DNA from: a virus
Virus record (IMG/VR): IMGVR_UViG_3300035190_001531
Location: 1 to 28,578 of that record
Length of the DNA stretch: 28,578 nucleotides
Direction: 5' to 3' (one strand)
Part shown: positions 26,665-28,578 of the stretch, piece after piece
Layout of the letters: every line of letters begins with the position of its first letter
Position numbering within the stretch: position 1 is the first letter of the stretch
Notes under the pieces: generated by a model
What the model saw: only the letters and a program-made list of their open reading frames with translations
Database searches by the model: none
What the model was told of the DNA's origin: nothing
Made by a program: the position numbers and the translations under genes

Positions 26665-26917
26665 CAGTCAAGAATCAAAATTTACCAATGTAGTTTGTTG
26701 GTAAATAGTTAACCAGTCTAAGCTCTTTACTGAGCTACGTTATTGGGAAGTGTTTAAGTTCATACCTTGGGATGCGTTGCCAGTTCCAAGCTCTATAACT
26801 AAGTGATTAAACAGATGTACAGCAATTAAGTCAGTGTCACTTAGATAGTACCGCCCAATAACATTGACGAGGCACACATTACCCGATTTATCGGAGGCTC
26901 GAAAGAGTTATTTTTAA
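26665..26917 (+). ncRNA. omegaRNA/tracrRNA-like structured RNA of IscB with a 5' anti-repeat (3' end approximate)
   Basis: Located directly upstream of iscB. Stems readable by eye: 26681-26688/26698-26705 (TTTACCAA/TTGGTAAA); 26721-26725/26732-26736 (AGCTC/GAGCT); long-range 9-bp 26739-26747/26854-26862 (GTTATTGGG/CCCAATAAC); 26766-26770/26786-26790 (CTTGG/CCAAG); 26799-26805/26838-26844 (CTAAGTG/CACTTAG); 26883-26886/26891-26894 (CCGA/TCGG). Confidence 0.8.
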
Positions 26918-28216
26918 ATGTCTAAAGTCTTTGTGATGGATACCGAAAAGCGTCCATTAAATCCAATCTCACCCGCAAAAGCTAGGATTCTTTTAACTCA
27001 AAAGAAAGCCGCAGTTTTTCGGCATCAACCTTTTACAATCATCCTAAAATATGCTGTCAAATCTTCAACTGAAGACTTGAGGCTAAAGATAGATCCTGGC
27101 TCTAAATTTACTGGCATTGCCTTGGTAAACGACGGCACGGGTGAAGTTGTTTGGGGTGCTGATATTCAACATCGTGGCATGGTGATCAAGAATGCACTGG
27201 AATCCCGACGCAGTTTAAGAAGGGGTCGCCGAGGTAGAAAAACCAGATACCGCCAACCCCGTTTTCTTAATCGCACACGGGTTAAGGGTTGGTTAGCTCC
27301 GAGTCTAATGTCACGGGTTGAAAATGTGATCACTTGGGTTAATCGGTTAAGAAAGTTAGCTCCGATTTCTGCGATATCTCAAGAATTGGTACGGTTCGAC
27401 ACTCAAATTATGGAGAATCCAGAAGTTTCCGGTGTCGAGTATCAGCAAGGGGAGTTAGCGGGGTATGAAGTTCGGGAATACCTTTTGGAGAAGTTTGACC
27501 GTCAATGCGTTTACTGTGGCGCTGTTGATACCAGATTAGAGATTGAACACTTGATACCCAGATCCAAAGGGGGGAGTAATCGGGTTTCTAATTTGGCGAT
27601 CGCTTGCCATAAATGCAATCAAAAAAAGGGTGCTAAGGACATTAAAGATTTCCTTTCTAAAAAGAAGGAATTGCTTAATAAAATCCTGAAACGGGTTAAA
27701 GCCCCTCTCAAAGATGCAGCCGCCGTTAACTCTACTCGGTGGTGCTTGTACAAACGATTGAAGGAGACTGGCTTACCTGTAGAAGTTGGGACGGGGGGAC
27801 GGACTAAGTTTAACCGATGCCGTCAAAAATTCCCTAAAGCTCACTGGATTGACGCGGCTTGCGTTGGTGCTTCTACTCCCGAAAATCTGATTATTAAGGA
27901 TGTTAAACCTTTATTAATATCAGCTAAAGGGCATGGGGTAAGGCAACGGGTCACAACCGATAAGTATGGCTTTCCTAAATGCCATAAAGCAAGAATTAAG
28001 AGTTTTATAGGGTATAAAACAGGGGATTATGTTAAGGCTGTGATTCCATCTGGAAAGAATAAGGGAACCCATTATGGTCGAATTGCGATCCGGCAACGTC
28101 CGAGTTTTACATTGGATAAGATGGACGTTCACCCAAAATGCCTGAGCCTACTTCAGAAATCAGATGGTTATGCCTATTCAAGCCTCGAACCATTGCTAGT
28201 AAGTAGTTCTAGTTAA
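26918..28216 (+). CDS. iscB: RNA-guided endonuclease IscB
   Basis: PLMP-like N-terminus 'VFVMDTEKRPLNPISPAKARILLTQKKAAVFR'; RuvC-I 'LRLKIDPGSKFTGIAL'; Arg-rich bridge helix 'ESRRSLRRGRRGRKTRYRQPRFLNRTR'; RuvC-II 'ISQELVRFD'; HNH 'CVYCG...LEIEHLIPRSKGGSNRVSNLAIACHKCNQKKG'; RuvC-III 'KAHWIDAACVGA'. Confidence 0.95.
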   Translation: MSKVFVMDTEKRPLNPISPAKARILLTQKKAAVFRHQPFTIILKYAVKSSTEDLRLKIDPGSKFTGIALVNDGTGEVVWGADIQHRGMVIKNALESRRSLRRGRRGRKTRYRQPRFLNRTRVKGWLAPSLMSRVENVITWVNRLRKLAPISAISQELVRFDTQIMENPEVSGVEYQQGELAGYEVREYLLEKFDRQCVYCGAVDTRLEIEHLIPRSKGGSNRVSNLAIACHKCNQKKGAKDIKDFLSKKKELLNKILKRVKAPLKDAAAVNSTRWCLYKRLKETGLPVEVGTGGRTKFNRCRQKFPKAHWIDAACVGASTPENLIIKDVKPLLISAKGHGVRQRVTTDKYGFPKCHKARIKSFIGYKTGDYVKAVIPSGKNKGTHYGRIAIRQRPSFTLDKMDVHPKCLSLLQKSDGYAYSSLEPLLVSSSS

Positions 28217-28231
28217 TTTATTATCAAATCA

Positions 28232-28578
28232 GTTAATGATTGTATTGGTTCTTGACTGACTTGATACACCGAGATCATTTCATCCTATTACTCGGATTTT
28301 GGTTAATGATTGTATTGGTTCTTGACTGACTTGATACATTGCCAGGTAGTATCTGTTATTCTGGTTAATAGGTGAGGTTAATGATTGTATTGGTTCTTGA
28401 CTGACTTGATACGCTTATGTATCCGTTTGGTATCGGTTAAGTAGTGTAGGATGTTAATGATTGTATTGGTTCTTGACTGACTTGATACGGCGAAATTATG
28501 GAACTGGACAAAGCCGAACAACGGTTAATGATTGTATTGGTTCTTGACTGACTTGATACAATATTGATATTTCACCCG
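28232..28578 (+). CRISPR. CRISPR array, 5 identical 36-bp repeats in the window, continuing past the window end
   Basis: Repeat GTTAATGATTGTATTGGTTCTTGACTGACTTGATAC at 28232-28267, 28302-28337, 28377-28412, 28453-28488 and 28524-28559, all 36/36 identical. Spacers 28268-28301 (34 bp), 28338-28376 (39), 28413-28452 (40) and 28489-28523 (35) are unique; a fifth spacer begins at 28560. Confidence 0.97.

Noticed and set aside
26665-26680. Reading CAGTCAAGAATCAAAA as a conventional 16-nt IscB guide that targets the element's own CRISPR repeats
   Set aside because: It has two mismatches to the repeat (guide positions 11 and 15), in the scaffold-proximal part likely to matter for seeding. The wobble-compatible pairing and the second complementary block (26704-26713) fit an anti-repeat better. 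It remains the main alternative and should be tested.
27920-28132. Reverse-strand ORF inside iscB
   Set aside because: It is antisense to the RuvC/C-terminal coding region of iscB and has no recognisable motif.
26918-28216. Calling the nuclease Cas9
   Set aside because: It is 432 aa, has a PLMP-like N-terminus and lacks a REC lobe, so it is IscB, not Cas9.
28232-28578. Array belonging simply to a host type I/III CRISPR system, with IscB a bystander
   Set aside because: Repeat length and spacer sizes would fit, but this model does not explain the repeat complementarity at the omegaRNA 5' end. It cannot be excluded without the sequence to the right.

Overview
This 28.6 kb window looks like part of a cyanobacterial mobile element, either a prophage or a phage-plasmid. 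The cyanobacterial assignment rests on at least ten perfect HIP1 sites (GCGATCGC). The left end carries virion or tail-like genes, including a GH10-like domain protein. A long leftward block follows with many small genes: a phage-type adenine methyltransferase (rightward), a RuvC-like resolvase, a membrane-protein cluster containing a P-loop ATPase fused to a GIY-YIG domain, a rhomboid protease, several HTH proteins and an ASCH-domain protein. From about 20.3 kb a rightward replication operon runs through a wHTH protein, an initiator-like protein, a DnaB helicase and an orphan C5 cytosine methyltransferase.

The main discovery candidate is at the right end (26.6-28.58 kb). An apparently intact IscB (PLMP-like, split RuvC, Arg-rich bridge helix, HNH) has a highly structured omegaRNA-like region upstream. 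Fifteen bp after its stop codon begins a CRISPR array with five identical 36-bp repeats and unique 34-40 bp spacers, which runs off the window. No cas gene is visible. The 5' end of the omegaRNA-like region sits just after a sigma70-like promoter, where an IscB guide is normally encoded. It carries an anti-repeat: 17 nt with 14 Watson-Crick pairs, 2 G-U wobbles and 1 mismatch to CRISPR repeat nt 11-27. A second block (26704-26713) complements repeat nt 1-10. This predicts a dual-RNA CRISPR-IscB system, in which a crRNA from the array pairs with a tracrRNA-like omegaRNA. It would be a Cas9-like arrangement built on IscB. All function calls come from motif recognition by eye; no searches or folding programs were run.
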